Shown: positions 49,975-61,519 of the stretch, in pieces
How the letters are laid out: the number at the start of each line of letters is the position of its first letter
How positions within the stretch are numbered: position 1 is the stretch's first letter
From: Psammoneis japonica
Taxonomy: Eukaryota
Direction: 5' to 3'
Length of the DNA: 64,000 nt
Assembly (NCBI GenBank): GCA_008632985.1
Contig: QPGO01000020.1
Location: 434,001 to 498,000, forward strand
Notes under the pieces: model-generated
Database searches by the model: none
What the model was told of the DNA's origin: nothing
What the model saw: the letters and a program-made list of their open reading frames with translations, nothing else
Translations under genes and position numbers: made by a program

Positions 49975-51348
49975 ATGACAACAACAACAATGGATGAAGT
50001 GCTACCCCTGATAATTCAATTTTCGTGGGTAGCTTCAATATGAACAACGAGGACTTATCATACAACGATGCTGCAAGTTGGTTGCAAGAGGCGAAACATG
50101 CCGATCTAGTCGTGCTCCCCATGCAGGAATGCGGTTCATGCCGCTTGGACGGCTCCATGCCGTTGCCAGAGAATCAACAACAGCAAGAAAGTTGGTGTCG
50201 AAAACCTCAGCTTGATCGAAGCGATACTGTTCTCCACAGCATACAAGATGCATTGAATGACGGCTACAATATTGTTGCTGACGTTGCCATGGGCGAAAGC
50301 GCGACTGGGAGAAAAATTGCTATTGACGGGGAGCCCGATACGGAGTGGTATGGATATATACGAATGATTGTTCTGGCAAGGACAGGTATGTGAGAAGACC
50401 GTTACTTTCGATTCCGGACGTGGTCTTCATCTCATATTTCGATAACTTCTTGTTCACAAATCCTTCTTTCTTTCATGAAGAACTCGCAGACAAACTATCT
50501 CCGCAATGCAGGACGCTGGTCTGTCCTGTGGGGTCCAAGTCGTCGGTTGATTCTCTTACATCTCAATCACCGGATTATCCTGTTGATGCGAGTCCTGATA
50601 AGGGTGCCGTTTGCGTAGCTTTAGGAAGCGACTTGTTGCTTGTGAATGTTCACCTCGCTGGTACAAACCAGTATAATGTGAACGAGGAGCACTTTGATGA
50701 AATCAGAAAGCACCAGTTAACGCTGATTCATGAAATGTGTCAACCTTACGGGCATTGTATTGTTGCTGGGGACTTTAATTTTCGATGCGAAATCCATCCG
50801 AATGAAAAGAGTCGCGGCGGACTAGACTTTCAGGCTGTCCACGACATTGTCAAGTCAGCTGATTGTGAGGCTATTGGCAACTTGTATCGTAAACATGATC
50901 GACTTATTCAGCTCATCAATAGCAATGGCGATACTGTGATCCCGTTACTTTTGAAGGACACAAGTGATTCCTTTTGTTACGGATTCAAGGATAATGAGTA
51001 CGTCATGCCTACTTTCACTTTTACACGGGATCTTAAGCGAGAAGAGAAGAGCGGCAAGAATTGCCGATCCTACTCAGATAAGCGTACGCCATCGTGGACA
51101 GATCGGGGTAGGTGGGCTCAGTTTCAAAGTTCCCCTTGTTGGTTTTCCGTGTCCGTAAGGTCTCACCAACCAGTCGCTCTCTTTCTTGTGCACGCCCTCA
51201 AACAGTTCTGTTCTCGAACTCGTTGCGGGACAAGCAGGGATTTTATATCATATCCGTCAAAACTCACCCCGACATTGTAGTAAGCGACCATATTCCGGTA
51301 CATTGTCTATTCTCTCGCTCGAGAAGCACTTCAAATCAGCTGGACTGA
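49975..51348 (+). CDS. Inositol polyphosphate 5-phosphatase-like (EEP fold), 3 exons
   Basis: IFVGSFNMN, LVVLPMQE, DKGAV, VNVHL, GDFNFR, PTFTF, KRTPSWTDRVLF (across intron 51108-51205), SDHIPV. Intron 1 runs from 50386 to ~50480/50489. The N-terminus needs a 1-nt indel in the C-run at ~50005. Confidence 0.85.
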
Positions 51349-51464
51349 AATCGGAGGAGTGACATTTCTAGTCGGATGTGGCACGCTTCGGACAAACAAA
51401 AATACTCCAAGACTCCATCGGTCAATTTGTTGCTGCTCCAATCCTGCCGATCGAACCTATTGCG

Positions 51465-52070
51465 CCTCGAGATGATCCGCAAGATTCTAAAGCACTATGG
51501 TGATCATGTAGAGGACCACTGCTGGTAAGGAGAGGCAACCAAATCTTTCGTCAATGTGAATTTTTGGTGCGCCTGCCATGAGAAGTATAAAACTTCTTAG
51601 TCGGCACGCCTGCCCTGAGAAGTTTGAAACTTCTTACTCTAGGCACGCAGAAAGCACACGCGGTGCTTCCAACCGCCACTTATGAATGTAAACTAAAAAT
51701 ATTGTGGTCTAGATTGCGTTTTGAAGAATTCTGGTTCTACGATACATTTCTTCTTTTCGGCAAGCCCTCTTGCGGATATCATTGCTACGTTTGCCTTGAG
51801 AAGTTTAAAATTTCGTAGTCGGCACGCAGAAAGCACACGCGGTGCGTTCTTCTCGCTTCGCGGGTGCCAAAAAAGTTCGGTGAGTCCTCTCTAGCGATGT
51901 CATTGCTACGGCTGCCTCCAGAAGTTTGAAACTTCTTAGTCGGCAAACAGATAAAGTACACACGGTACTTAAACCCGCCACCTACGAATATAAATGAGAA
52001 ATATTGCAGTCTAGATTGTGTTTGAAGAAGTCTAGTCCTAAGGCATGTCTCTTCTTAAAAGCGTCCTTCG
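51465..52070 (+). repeat. Direct repeat copy B plus internal partial re-duplications
   Basis: GAGAAGTTTGAAACTTCTTAGTCGGCA and AAAGCACACGCGGTGC are repeated several times. Confidence 0.85.
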
Positions 52071-52412
52071 AGCCGCGAGCGGGGGGCTTTAGTTGTTATG
52101 GGATAGCTGTCAAAAGTTCGCCGAGTCCTCTCACGTATAGTATTTAATCTCACGCGACCAGTGGCCTTGACCTACGTGTAGCTCTCCAAGCTTTGACGGC
52201 TTCACGGAAGATACAGCCCAACTTTCTTGTCGGGAAGGGATAGCAGAGGTGATGACTAAGGGTCACGTGCTGGCGTTCCCTTTCTGCGTGTAATACTCTC
52301 TACTTATGTGATCTAAGACAAGTATCATGCCGGCAACAGGGCTGGATTAACGCTAGACTCGTTTCCCTTCGCTGGTTGTCCTCTCGGAAGACGGCGCGGG
52401 TGATACTCATTT

Positions 52413-54617
52413 TCAGGAAATCCGACTGACTTTCTTCCAGCAAATTCCTTGTCCCTCTTCCTTTGAGCGCAGCATTGAACGATAGATGTCCATCCAAAAC
52501 TCTTTAACTTCTGCGCTCTCAAAAGATACTCTCCCCCTGTATTCCGCATACCGATTGCGTGCGCCCACGGGCATCATTACGCAAGAGTCAAGATGCTCTA
52601 GGCAAAGAACGCATGCGTCTCTCAACACCGCATTTCGATCTTCTGGAAAGCAGAAAGACCCACTAGCACCAAAGTGGTCGTATTTACTGCAAAAAAGGCA
52701 CCTCAATCCAACTTGGCCCACAAAATGAGGAGATACTGGAGAAAACCGAGGTTCAGTCGATAATACTCCTTGCATATGAAGCCCTCTTGCCTGTTGGAGT
52801 TCGAACTCGTCCACCTCAAATAGCTCGATCGCGTAATCTAACAGATCAACAAGTTGTCGAATGGTATAACCAAGCGAGGAACAAGTGTTGGCATCTACTC
52901 TTCCTACTAACTCGCCGTCGTCTTTTCTGCGCCACATCGAGGGGCACAATGCATGTTGCTCATTGCGAGGAACGTACTCAACATGCGAGTAGACGCCATG
53001 GCGGTGAAGATTCCGCCAAGACCTGGTGCCACCGCGACAACAGGATCTACAGCACTTTGAGCCATTGCACTGCTTTGCAAGATAACTTCTCTCCTTGGCA
53101 TCACGTAAAGTAACCGGGACCCACGACATTTGATGAGAACGGTGCGCCATTTCAGTGTTAAGACCTTTCCGAGAAACCGCTTTTTCGACAACCAAGCACG
53201 CACTGCCTACCGCGGGTGACTTTGGGCTCTTCTCAAGCATCAAAGCACGCATGAGCTCAAGTCCATTATCAAATCCGTATGTCAGATCGTAATTGAGTCC
53301 TTTTACCAAACACATGGACACAGTCTCGCTTACACTCTCTTCAAGATCGCGTAAACGATTCATTTCATAGGTCAAGATACACAATCCGCCAACGTCGCGA
53401 AACATGAACCGCGAAGAAAGAGCTCGTTGAAGACATGGTATAATGGAATACAGTTTCGAGATCGACGCGCGAAGCACGCCAAATGACACGTTGTCTTTGA
53501 TGCCCGTTCTAGATTGACGTTGAATCTTTTCATGCTGATAAAGAAAAGCGACGATTTCGTTGTAATCCAGCGATTCGGTTTCCCTGGTGATATCATCCCC
53601 CGCGGAAGCACCAGCCTTTAGCCTCCCGTCGTTGCATACGCCAATCGCCAACCTAATGTTTCTCTTGACAGCTGCCATATGTTCTTCGTTTTTGTCTGTC
53701 ATGTATGACATGAAGATGGACCTCGAAATCGCGATCGCAATCCAAGGGTGGTTCCCAACAATTGGGCACCAAGCAGCATTCCCCAAGGCGATTACTGCGT
53801 GTCTGATAATTATCGAACGTGCTCCGCATGCTTCGTTTCGTTGTCCCTTCTCTTCGGGAGTCTCGTAGCTCTTCGCGTCCTTGACAACTCCTCGTCGTGG
53901 TCGTTTCTTGAGAGCAGTCCCATTCTTTGACTTTGAATGAGCTCCATTTTGTTGAGATGCTGTCGACGTCTCTGCTTGTTCCATTTGTCCCAATCTGTCA
54001 GCTATCCATATCAAGGTTTGAGCGTACACGCACCACATTCCTGCCACGCACGTCCTTGCCGAATCGAGAGATTCCAACATTTGCTCGTATCCCTCGTTGC
54101 ATGGTTGGATACTTTGAATGAGTTCGGCTAGCTTGGTAATTTCAGAATACCCCGACAGCAATGAGTCGATGCAGACTTTAACAGCCGAGCGATACATACC
54201 GGCATTCACCTTTGCTCGTGCAAGACACTGATCCACACTAAAGCTATGAATTGACGTGCTCGGCAGTACTAGGTCGGGGGGTGTCAAGGTCGGTTCCAGT
54301 CTTGGAGACACATTTGCATTTCTGCATATTTGAATCTTTGGCCGTGGTGGGTTGTTACTGTGTTGTACATTGGCTTGGTTGACATGAACGCAGTCACCAC
54401 CGTCACAAGCATCACCAATCCGTTTTCTTTTTCTTTCTCTGCGTTGCGTTGGATCCATGCTTGAAATGCGGCTCCTACTACGAGATCTCCTATCTCTCCG
54501 CTGCTTGCGTGCCAGAGCTTTGTTGTTGAAATCTAGCTTTGAAATTCTCATTCGACGAAGGCATGTCAATCCAGTCGCATATGGCATAGTTTCGATGCAA
54601 TCATCATTGTCAGTCAT
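52413..54617 (-). CDS. Large uncharacterised nuclear-type protein with a C-terminal Cys/His domain
   Basis: Intact ORF, first ATG at 54617. Basic NLS-like stretches, and C-terminal GQVGLRCLFC..FP..HLDSC..MP (a Cys/His domain I associate with diatom proteins). Confidence 0.75.
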   Translation of the reverse strand: MTDNDDCIETMPYATGLTCLRRMRISKLDFNNKALARKQRRDRRSRSRSRISSMDPTQRRERKRKRIGDACDGGDCVHVNQANVQHSNNPPRPKIQICRNANVSPRLEPTLTPPDLVLPSTSIHSFSVDQCLARAKVNAGMYRSAVKVCIDSLLSGYSEITKLAELIQSIQPCNEGYEQMLESLDSARTCVAGMWCVYAQTLIWIADRLGQMEQAETSTASQQNGAHSKSKNGTALKKRPRRGVVKDAKSYETPEEKGQRNEACGARSIIIRHAVIALGNAAWCPIVGNHPWIAIAISRSIFMSYMTDKNEEHMAAVKRNIRLAIGVCNDGRLKAGASAGDDITRETESLDYNEIVAFLYQHEKIQRQSRTGIKDNVSFGVLRASISKLYSIIPCLQRALSSRFMFRDVGGLCILTYEMNRLRDLEESVSETVSMCLVKGLNYDLTYGFDNGLELMRALMLEKSPKSPAVGSACLVVEKAVSRKGLNTEMAHRSHQMSWVPVTLRDAKERSYLAKQCNGSKCCRSCCRGGTRSWRNLHRHGVYSHVEYVPRNEQHALCPSMWRRKDDGELVGRVDANTCSSLGYTIRQLVDLLDYAIELFEVDEFELQQARGLHMQGVLSTEPRFSPVSPHFVGQVGLRCLFCSKYDHFGASGSFCFPEDRNAVLRDACVLCLEHLDSCVMMPVGARNRYAEYRGRVSFESAEVKEFWMDIYRSMLRSKEEGQGICWKKVSRIS

Positions 54618-55084
54618 TGATTCGTCCTTGTCGTTACCACAGGAGAATATCGTAGGAGGCACTTTTCTTGCGCGTTGAGTTGGTGAGTAGCAATGACAGT
54701 TGATCAATAATAAGGTTTCCGGAGTCAGTTCGCGGCTCAACTCGAGGAATGAGGATTGCCCCGCGTTCTTTTTATTGTTTCAGAAAATAGAAATAAGGAA
54801 GGTACTAAGCTTGAAGCTGTAAGATGATAACTCCATGGAATTGTCTTTCGACTTGTTGTCTCGGTTTACTGTTATTTGTCGCTTGTTAGCGATTTGAGAA
54901 GATAACCAGAAGATGACACGAGATAGACAAGATCAGCGATCATAAAGCGCGACGCCATCAGATCTTTTGTGCGCTTTCGAAAAAAGCTTGAAGGCGGTGC
55001 GCGCAGATCGTCTTCGACTGGATTCGCAGTGCCGCGTAATTATCACAGCGTTGTGGAGGACGGTTGCGACTGCGACTTGTGGTC

Positions 55085-55290
55085 CAGGGTGTGTTAGTGT
55101 GCAAAAAGTCACATTCATTTGAACAGACTTTTTACTGACTTTGACTACAGTCACAGTCAAAGTCACTTAGTCAAGAGCACCCGATCAAAAGTCAACAGTC
55201 AAAGTCAGGCAGTCAGCTGAGGATGACCACAAGTCAACCAAAAGTCAAAGTCAGTCATGTCTCATGGTGTTCAGTCAGCAAACTCACTGA
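55085..55290. repeat. Cluster of AGTCA/TGACT pentamers after CAGGGTGT, probable transposon subterminal repeats
   Basis: More than ten AGTC(A) copies in ~200 bp at the exact block edge. Confidence 0.6.
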
Positions 55291-55689
55291 CATGCTTTTC
55301 AGCACCATCTAAAACTTGTTTCTGCTTTTCACAAGAATGAATCTGAGCAATTTGCTGCATCCCAAAACTTCCACACATGCTGTCCAGCAATTGTGCTGGC
55401 CTTTGCCCACCAGGATTTTGTTGCCTCAAGGTCAAACTCAAAACAACCTTGCCAATCAGGCTCTTTCTTTGTCGAAGATCTGGCACATTTGCAGACAATG
55501 GCACCCTCATTTTGTTTATTTTGTTTTGAAAATCTTGTTCACAATTGACTCGCTTGTTTCAAAGCTGGCTCACTCGGCGGCTCTCTCAGCCACATCTCTC
55601 AAAGAATTGTCGGGGTTTCACCATGTTGGCACTGCAGCTCCCAACCATTTTTCTCAAAGCGCTGCCTGGGACCAACAGAAGATGTTCAA

Positions 55690-58530
55690 TGATGTTTGAC
55701 AGTTGATCTTGTCAGGGTGGTGGGTGCATGGCATTGCTTCACTTCAGAAATTTGAGCTCAAGTCTCACACCCTGACAATTGCGCAAAGTGAGATGCAGCC
55801 AGAGAGTTGCACAATGGTTGCTTTGCAACTCCCAGCCATGGCTCTTAAAGTGTCACCTGGGGTCCACAAAAGCCTTTCAATGGTGTTTGACAACAGTTGT
55901 CAGGTGGGTTCATGCACTCATGGTGTTGCTTGGCTTCAGAAATTGGGCTCAAGTCTCACCTTGACAATTGTGAAAAGCGAGGTGGAGCAACAGTTGCGCC
56001 ATGGTGGCTTTGCGGTGGCCTTGCAACTCCCAACCATGACCATTGAAGTTTCCCCTTGGGTCCCCCAAAGACATTTGGCAGCATTTGACAACAGTTGTGG
56101 GGTGGCCAGAGGTGCGCTCACAGCATTGTTTCGCTTCAGAAAGATTGGGGTTCAAGTCTCACCCTGGCAGGTGTGAAGTGACCAGAGCCAGAGCTGTGCC
56201 ACAGTGGCTTTGCTGCAACTCCCCACTGTTGCTTTTAAAGTGTCACCCAGGGCCCACTGAAGACATTCAAATGGTGTTTGACAACAGTTGTTGGGTGGGT
56301 GACTGCACAAATGGTGTGCTGCTTCATTTTGTGGGGAATCAAGTCTCATCCTGACACTTTGTAAAGTGACGTGGGCCAGAGCTGAGCCAGGGTGGCTTTG
56401 CAACTCCTGGCCGTGGCTGTTGAAGTGTCACCTGGGATCCAGGGAAGACGTTCAATGGTGTTTGACAACAGTTGTTTGGTGGACAGGCACGTTCATGATG
56501 TTGTTTCACTTCAGAAGTTGGGGCTCAAAAGTCTCACCCAGACATTGTGAAGTGACATGGGCCAGAGCTGAGCCAGGGTGACTTTGCAAATCCAGGTGAT
56601 GGCTGTCAAAGTGTCCCCTGGGGTCTGCTGAAGACATTCAATGGTGTTTGACAACAGTTGTTTGGTGGGTTGGTGCTTTCATGATGTTGTTCCACTTTTG
56701 AATTTGGGGTTCAAGTCTCTCACCCTGACATTTTGTGAAGTGACATGGGCCACAGCTGAGCCAGGGTGGCTTTGCAACTCCCTGTCATGGCTCTTGAAGG
56801 GTCCCCTGGAGTCCAAGAAAGACATTCAATGGTGTTGGACAGCAGTTGTTTGGTGGGTGGGTGCACACATGGTGCAGTTTCACCTCAGAAGTTGTCAATC
56901 AAGTCTCACCATGACATTTTGTCAAGTGACATGGGCCAGAGCTGAACCAGGGTGGCTTTGCAACTCCAAGTCATGGCTGTCAAAGTGTCACCTGGAGTCC
57001 ACTGAAGACATTCAATGGTGCTTGACAACAGTTGTTGTGTGGGTGGGTGCACACATGGTGCAGTTTCACTTCAGAAGTTGGGAACTCAGCCTCACCAAGG
57101 GGGAAGTCATGTGAAGTGACATGGGATGCAGCTGAGCCAACGTTGCTTTGACACTCCCTGCCATGGCTCTTGAAGCATCACCTGGGGTCCGCTGAAGACA
57201 TTCGATGGTGTTTGACAACAGTTGTTGGGTGGGTGGGTGCACACATGGTGCAGTTTCACTTCAGAAATTGGGGCTCAAGTCTCTCCCTGACATTGTGAAG
57301 TGACACAGAGCCAGAGTTGCACCACAGCGGCTTTGAAGCTCCCAACCATGGCTCTCAAAGTGTTGCCTGGAGTCCACTGAAGACCTTCAATGGTCTTTGA
57401 CAACAGTTGTTGGGTGGGTGGGTGCACACATGGCGCTGCTTCACTTCAGAAGTTGGGGGAATCAAGTCTGACCATGACATTTTGTGAAGTGACAGATGCT
57501 GCAGCTGAGGCAGGTTGGTTTTGAAACTCCCTGTTGTGGTGCTTGCAGTGTTGCCTGGGGTCCATGGAAGACATTCAATGGTGTTTGACAACAGTTGTTT
57601 GGTGGGTTGGCACATTCATGATGTTTTTCCACTTTTGAATTTGGGGCTCAAGTCTCACCCTGACATTTGTGCAGTGACATGGGCCACAGCTGAGCCAGGG
57701 TGGCTTTGAAACTCCCCACCATGGCTCTTCAAGTGTCACCTGAGGTCCACTGCAGACATTGAATGGTGTTTGACAACAGTTGTTGGGTGGGTGGGTGCAC
57801 TCATGGAACTGTTTCACTTCAGAAGTTGGAAATCAAGTCTGACCATGACATTTTGTGAAGTGACATGGGCTGCAGCTGAGGCAGGTTGGCTTTGAAACTC
57901 CCTGCCATGGCACTTGCAGTGTCACCTGGGGTCCACTGAAGACCTTCAGCAGTGTTTGACAACAGTTGTTTGATGGGTTGGCAGATTCATGATGTTGCCC
58001 CACTTTTGAATTTGGGGTTCAAGTCTCACCACCCTGGCAGTCATGTGAAGTGACATGGGCTGCAGCTGAGCCAGGGTGGCTTTGCAACTTCTGACCATGG
58101 CTGTGGCTCTTAAAGGAATGCTGGGTGTCCACCAAAGACATTTGTTGATGTTTGAACAACAGTTGTTGGCTGGCGGTTGCACAAATGGTGTGCCCTTTTG
58201 CATTGCAGTTTGGGGCTGGGTGGCACCAAGCAACACTCAGCCAGAGTTGTGCCCCAGTGGTTTTCCTGTGGTTTTCAACTTGAAGCGGTGCCAGAACAGC
58301 CCAGCAACTCTCATCCATGACTCTCAAACAAAAAACTGTGATGTCAACAATCTTCAATCAACACAGGTGTGTCACAAAGATTTTGGGTTTCAAGAAGTGC
58401 CACCCTGACAATTGTGCGAAGTGAGATGAAGGCACAGCTGAGACTGGGTGACCTTGCAACTCCCAATTGTGGCTCTTGAAGGATTGACTGTTGTCCACCA
58501 AAGACAGTCAATGACATTTGACAGCCATGA
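55690..58530. repeat. Tandem satellite B, ~185-197 bp unit, ~14 copies
   Basis: TTTGACAACAGTTG-like core at ~55887, 56084, 56277, 56461, 56647, 56835, 57021, 57211, 57396, 57584, 57769, 57955 and 58151. Confidence 0.93.
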
Positions 58531-58689
58531 CTCTAAAACAAAAAAACTGTGATGTCAACAACAATCTGCATTCAAGAAAGGTGTGTCACAAAAATTGTGA
58601 CATCAATCTTGCATTTTGCACACAGACGCGCTTCATCAGATTTGGACAACATTTGCAATGCAGCCAAGGAACAAATGATTTCTAATGTC

Positions 58690-61000
58690 AATCAATCAAA
58701 ACCAATGAAAACACTGAATTAAACCAATGCAGCCACTGCATCACCATCAAGAATCTCTCACGCAAGGTCTCACTGGCATGTTCGTCATCTGGAAGAATGG
58801 TTTTGGCACTTTTCAAGAGAGCTTCTTTGTCTGTCTTAGGAGCAAAAATTGTGGCATTGTCCATGTGCCACTTGCGGTTCTTGGCATTCAGGATGCACAG
58901 CTTGAATGTTTCATTGCCCATTTGATTGCAGCAAGGGTGGTTCACAAAGGTGCCCCAGCTGAACACTCGCTCCTGACGGGCAGCATTTGAGTCTGGCTTT
59001 GCAAGAATTCTGGCAGCAACCAAAGCAATTTTGGGGAATCGACATGAGTTCTGAACCCACCATTCACCCACTTTGAAAAGTTTTGTGAGCTTCAATGCAT
59101 GCAAGTGAGGATCTTGGCCTTGTCTCACTTTTAAACTAGACACGTCAACACCCTGAGCTTTGAGAACTGCCAGCCAATCCTCTTTGATCCGCCAGAACTG
59201 GTTGAACTCTTCCTTGGCAAGTTTCTTGGGGGTGTCCTGTGCACCATTGTCTGCAGAATCAGCTGGCTCTGACTCAGCCATGAGAGAAGTGAGAAATGCC
59301 AGCTCATTGTTGTCATCATCATCCTCACACACAACAGGAGGATCAGTGCTGTCAGATGAAGATTCAGGTGCAGGGTCGGGGTCGGAGTTGTCTTCATTGC
59401 CACAGATGCTGTTGGGGGGAGGGTGCATGGCTTCCACCTTGTTTTGCAACAGCTCCCCAGCCCGGCCCATCAAGGTGCGTGCCTTGTCTGAGTCAATCAT
59501 TTCCATGCCCTTTGATCTGCATGTCGCCACAACAGGGCGACACTCAATGGCCAGCAACTGATCATCCATTGGCTTGGCAAAGCACAGATCCATTTCTGAG
59601 AGAATCCTCTGGTGCAGTTTCTGTCCAAAAGCAGAGAGAGGGCAGTGCACCTTGGGAAGATCACTGTGGGAGATGTTGGCACTTGGCCAGAACTTGTTGC
59701 CTCCACTGAGGTCAACAATCTTCAGCTTGGATGCATCGGCAATGCAAGCCCTTGCAGTCATGCAGTCCATGAGTGACACTGCAATGGCGGCAAGTTTGTC
59801 AGCTTGAACTGACATGGAATGATCATGAAGAGGGTGCAACAAAGCAGCTTTCTCTGCAATGCAGAGCCAGTCCTCCTCCTTCTCAAGAACCTTGCTGTTT
59901 GCAGCAGGTCTGTCACCCACCAACAAAGTGCAAAGTTTGATCTCGTGATGCCACACAAGCAGCTGCTGACTGAGCAGCCACACACCTGCCATGCGAGTGT
60001 TGCCAAGGCAAAGACACAGCAGCAGGATCCTTGCAGCTGCGGCAGCCATGCTCAACTGTGACGTCCACAAACTTGCGGTGGCACACTTTGTTCCTCTTGC
60101 CAAACATCCAATCAACTGGCTTCTTGGCTGAATTTAGAATCCGCATTGACTCATCAAATGAGTCAACCACCACACAGCTCTGTGTCCTCTTGGCAATGCC
60201 GGCAGAATGCTTGATGACAAGTTCAATGACATGCATCTGCAACAAATGGGACAGCAGCAAACAAGCCAGAGTTGGAACACCATTGAAACAAGCAGCACAC
60301 ATTGATGGGCCGTGCAACTGGCATGTGCCTTTAATGTCTTCATCATCTGAGGCGGCGACAATGAGGCTGCCAAGAGAAACAGCAGAGTTTGTTGTGTTGT
60401 TGACCAAATGGCACACAAGTCATCCTCTGCATTTTTGGGCTGGCCTCTGTGAGAAGACATTTCTTTTGTGTCACTCACTTGATGCTGTTGCTGTGCTTGC
60501 AGAGGCAGCAAAATGATGCTCTTCATGCAGACAACAGGGCAGGAGAGTCAATTGCACCAAAATTGTCATGAGCAATGGTCTTGGCAACCACAGACATCTT
60601 CTCTGTTGCCAGGCTCTTGGTGTGAAAGTAAAATGTGATGAAGATGGTTTGCCAAGATGGGCTTTCAAGTGAAAGACAGGAATTCCCATGGCAGGTGCCG
60701 CAAATTCTGTGTCAGGTGCTTTTTGCAGTTTGCCATCCAAGCCAAGCTCACTCAAAGACTTCATTGAGCCAGAGAGACTGCACACAGAAAAGAAACTGAC
60801 CTGCATTTTGCAGCCAACAATGAGTGCAGCTCATGCATCAAGGTTGCTGAATGCTGCAATCAGAGTTGTGCATTGTCTTGGGTGGGCTTTTAGATGGGCA
60901 GAGTTGTGGACAAATTTTGGTGACAACTGGGGGCCCTTGCTCAAACCCGGAGAGAAAGAAGAGGACATGACAAAAAAGGCAATTGAAGCTCATGGAGAGC
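58690..61000 (-). mobile_element. Decayed hAT-superfamily transposase
   Basis: hAT C-terminal dimerisation domain GEWWVQN..RFPKIALVAARILAKPDSNA..ERVFS. Upstream QMHVIELVIKH (CxxH-region-like). Stops and frameshifts. The 5' limit is approximate. Confidence 0.82.
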
Positions 61001-61519
61001 ACACTGGAAAGTCAGTGCAGCAACTCTAGAAGATGCCATCTCAGCTCTGGAAGCTGCCTTGAGATCCCGTGATTTTTGCACTCATGAGGGTGACAACAGG
61101 GTTGCACTGGACAAGGTGTTGTGGTCGCCATTGCAAACTGAGAATCTTGCAGGAACACTGCCACAGATCAAGATTGATTTCTTTGCTGAAAATGGTGCAA
61201 GTTTTCTTTGTTGCAGCTCCAGTGATGTTGACATGCTCTGACAATTGTGGTGTTTTCTCTGCTTCTTTAAGTTGGTTGCACCTGTCAGTCTAAATCCAGG
61301 CTGCTGGGGTTTGGTGACAATGAGATCCTGGTCTCTCACAGCGGAGGCTGCATCCACATGAGCAGCAAAAACACCAAAATGTGAACTTGGAAGCTGCCCA
61401 TTGCCCAGATGACAGGATCTCTGTCCAAAAAGGTCATGTTTGAAAAATTGCATCCAAGGCTGCTGAAGGGACAATGGCGCTGTCATCCCTCCAGAGGAAA
61501 TCCTGAGAGACCACACAGC

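Noticed and set aside
55690..58530. CRISPR-like regularly spaced repeats
   Set aside because: The whole unit is repeated with no unique spacers, no cas genes are present, and the context is eukaryotic.
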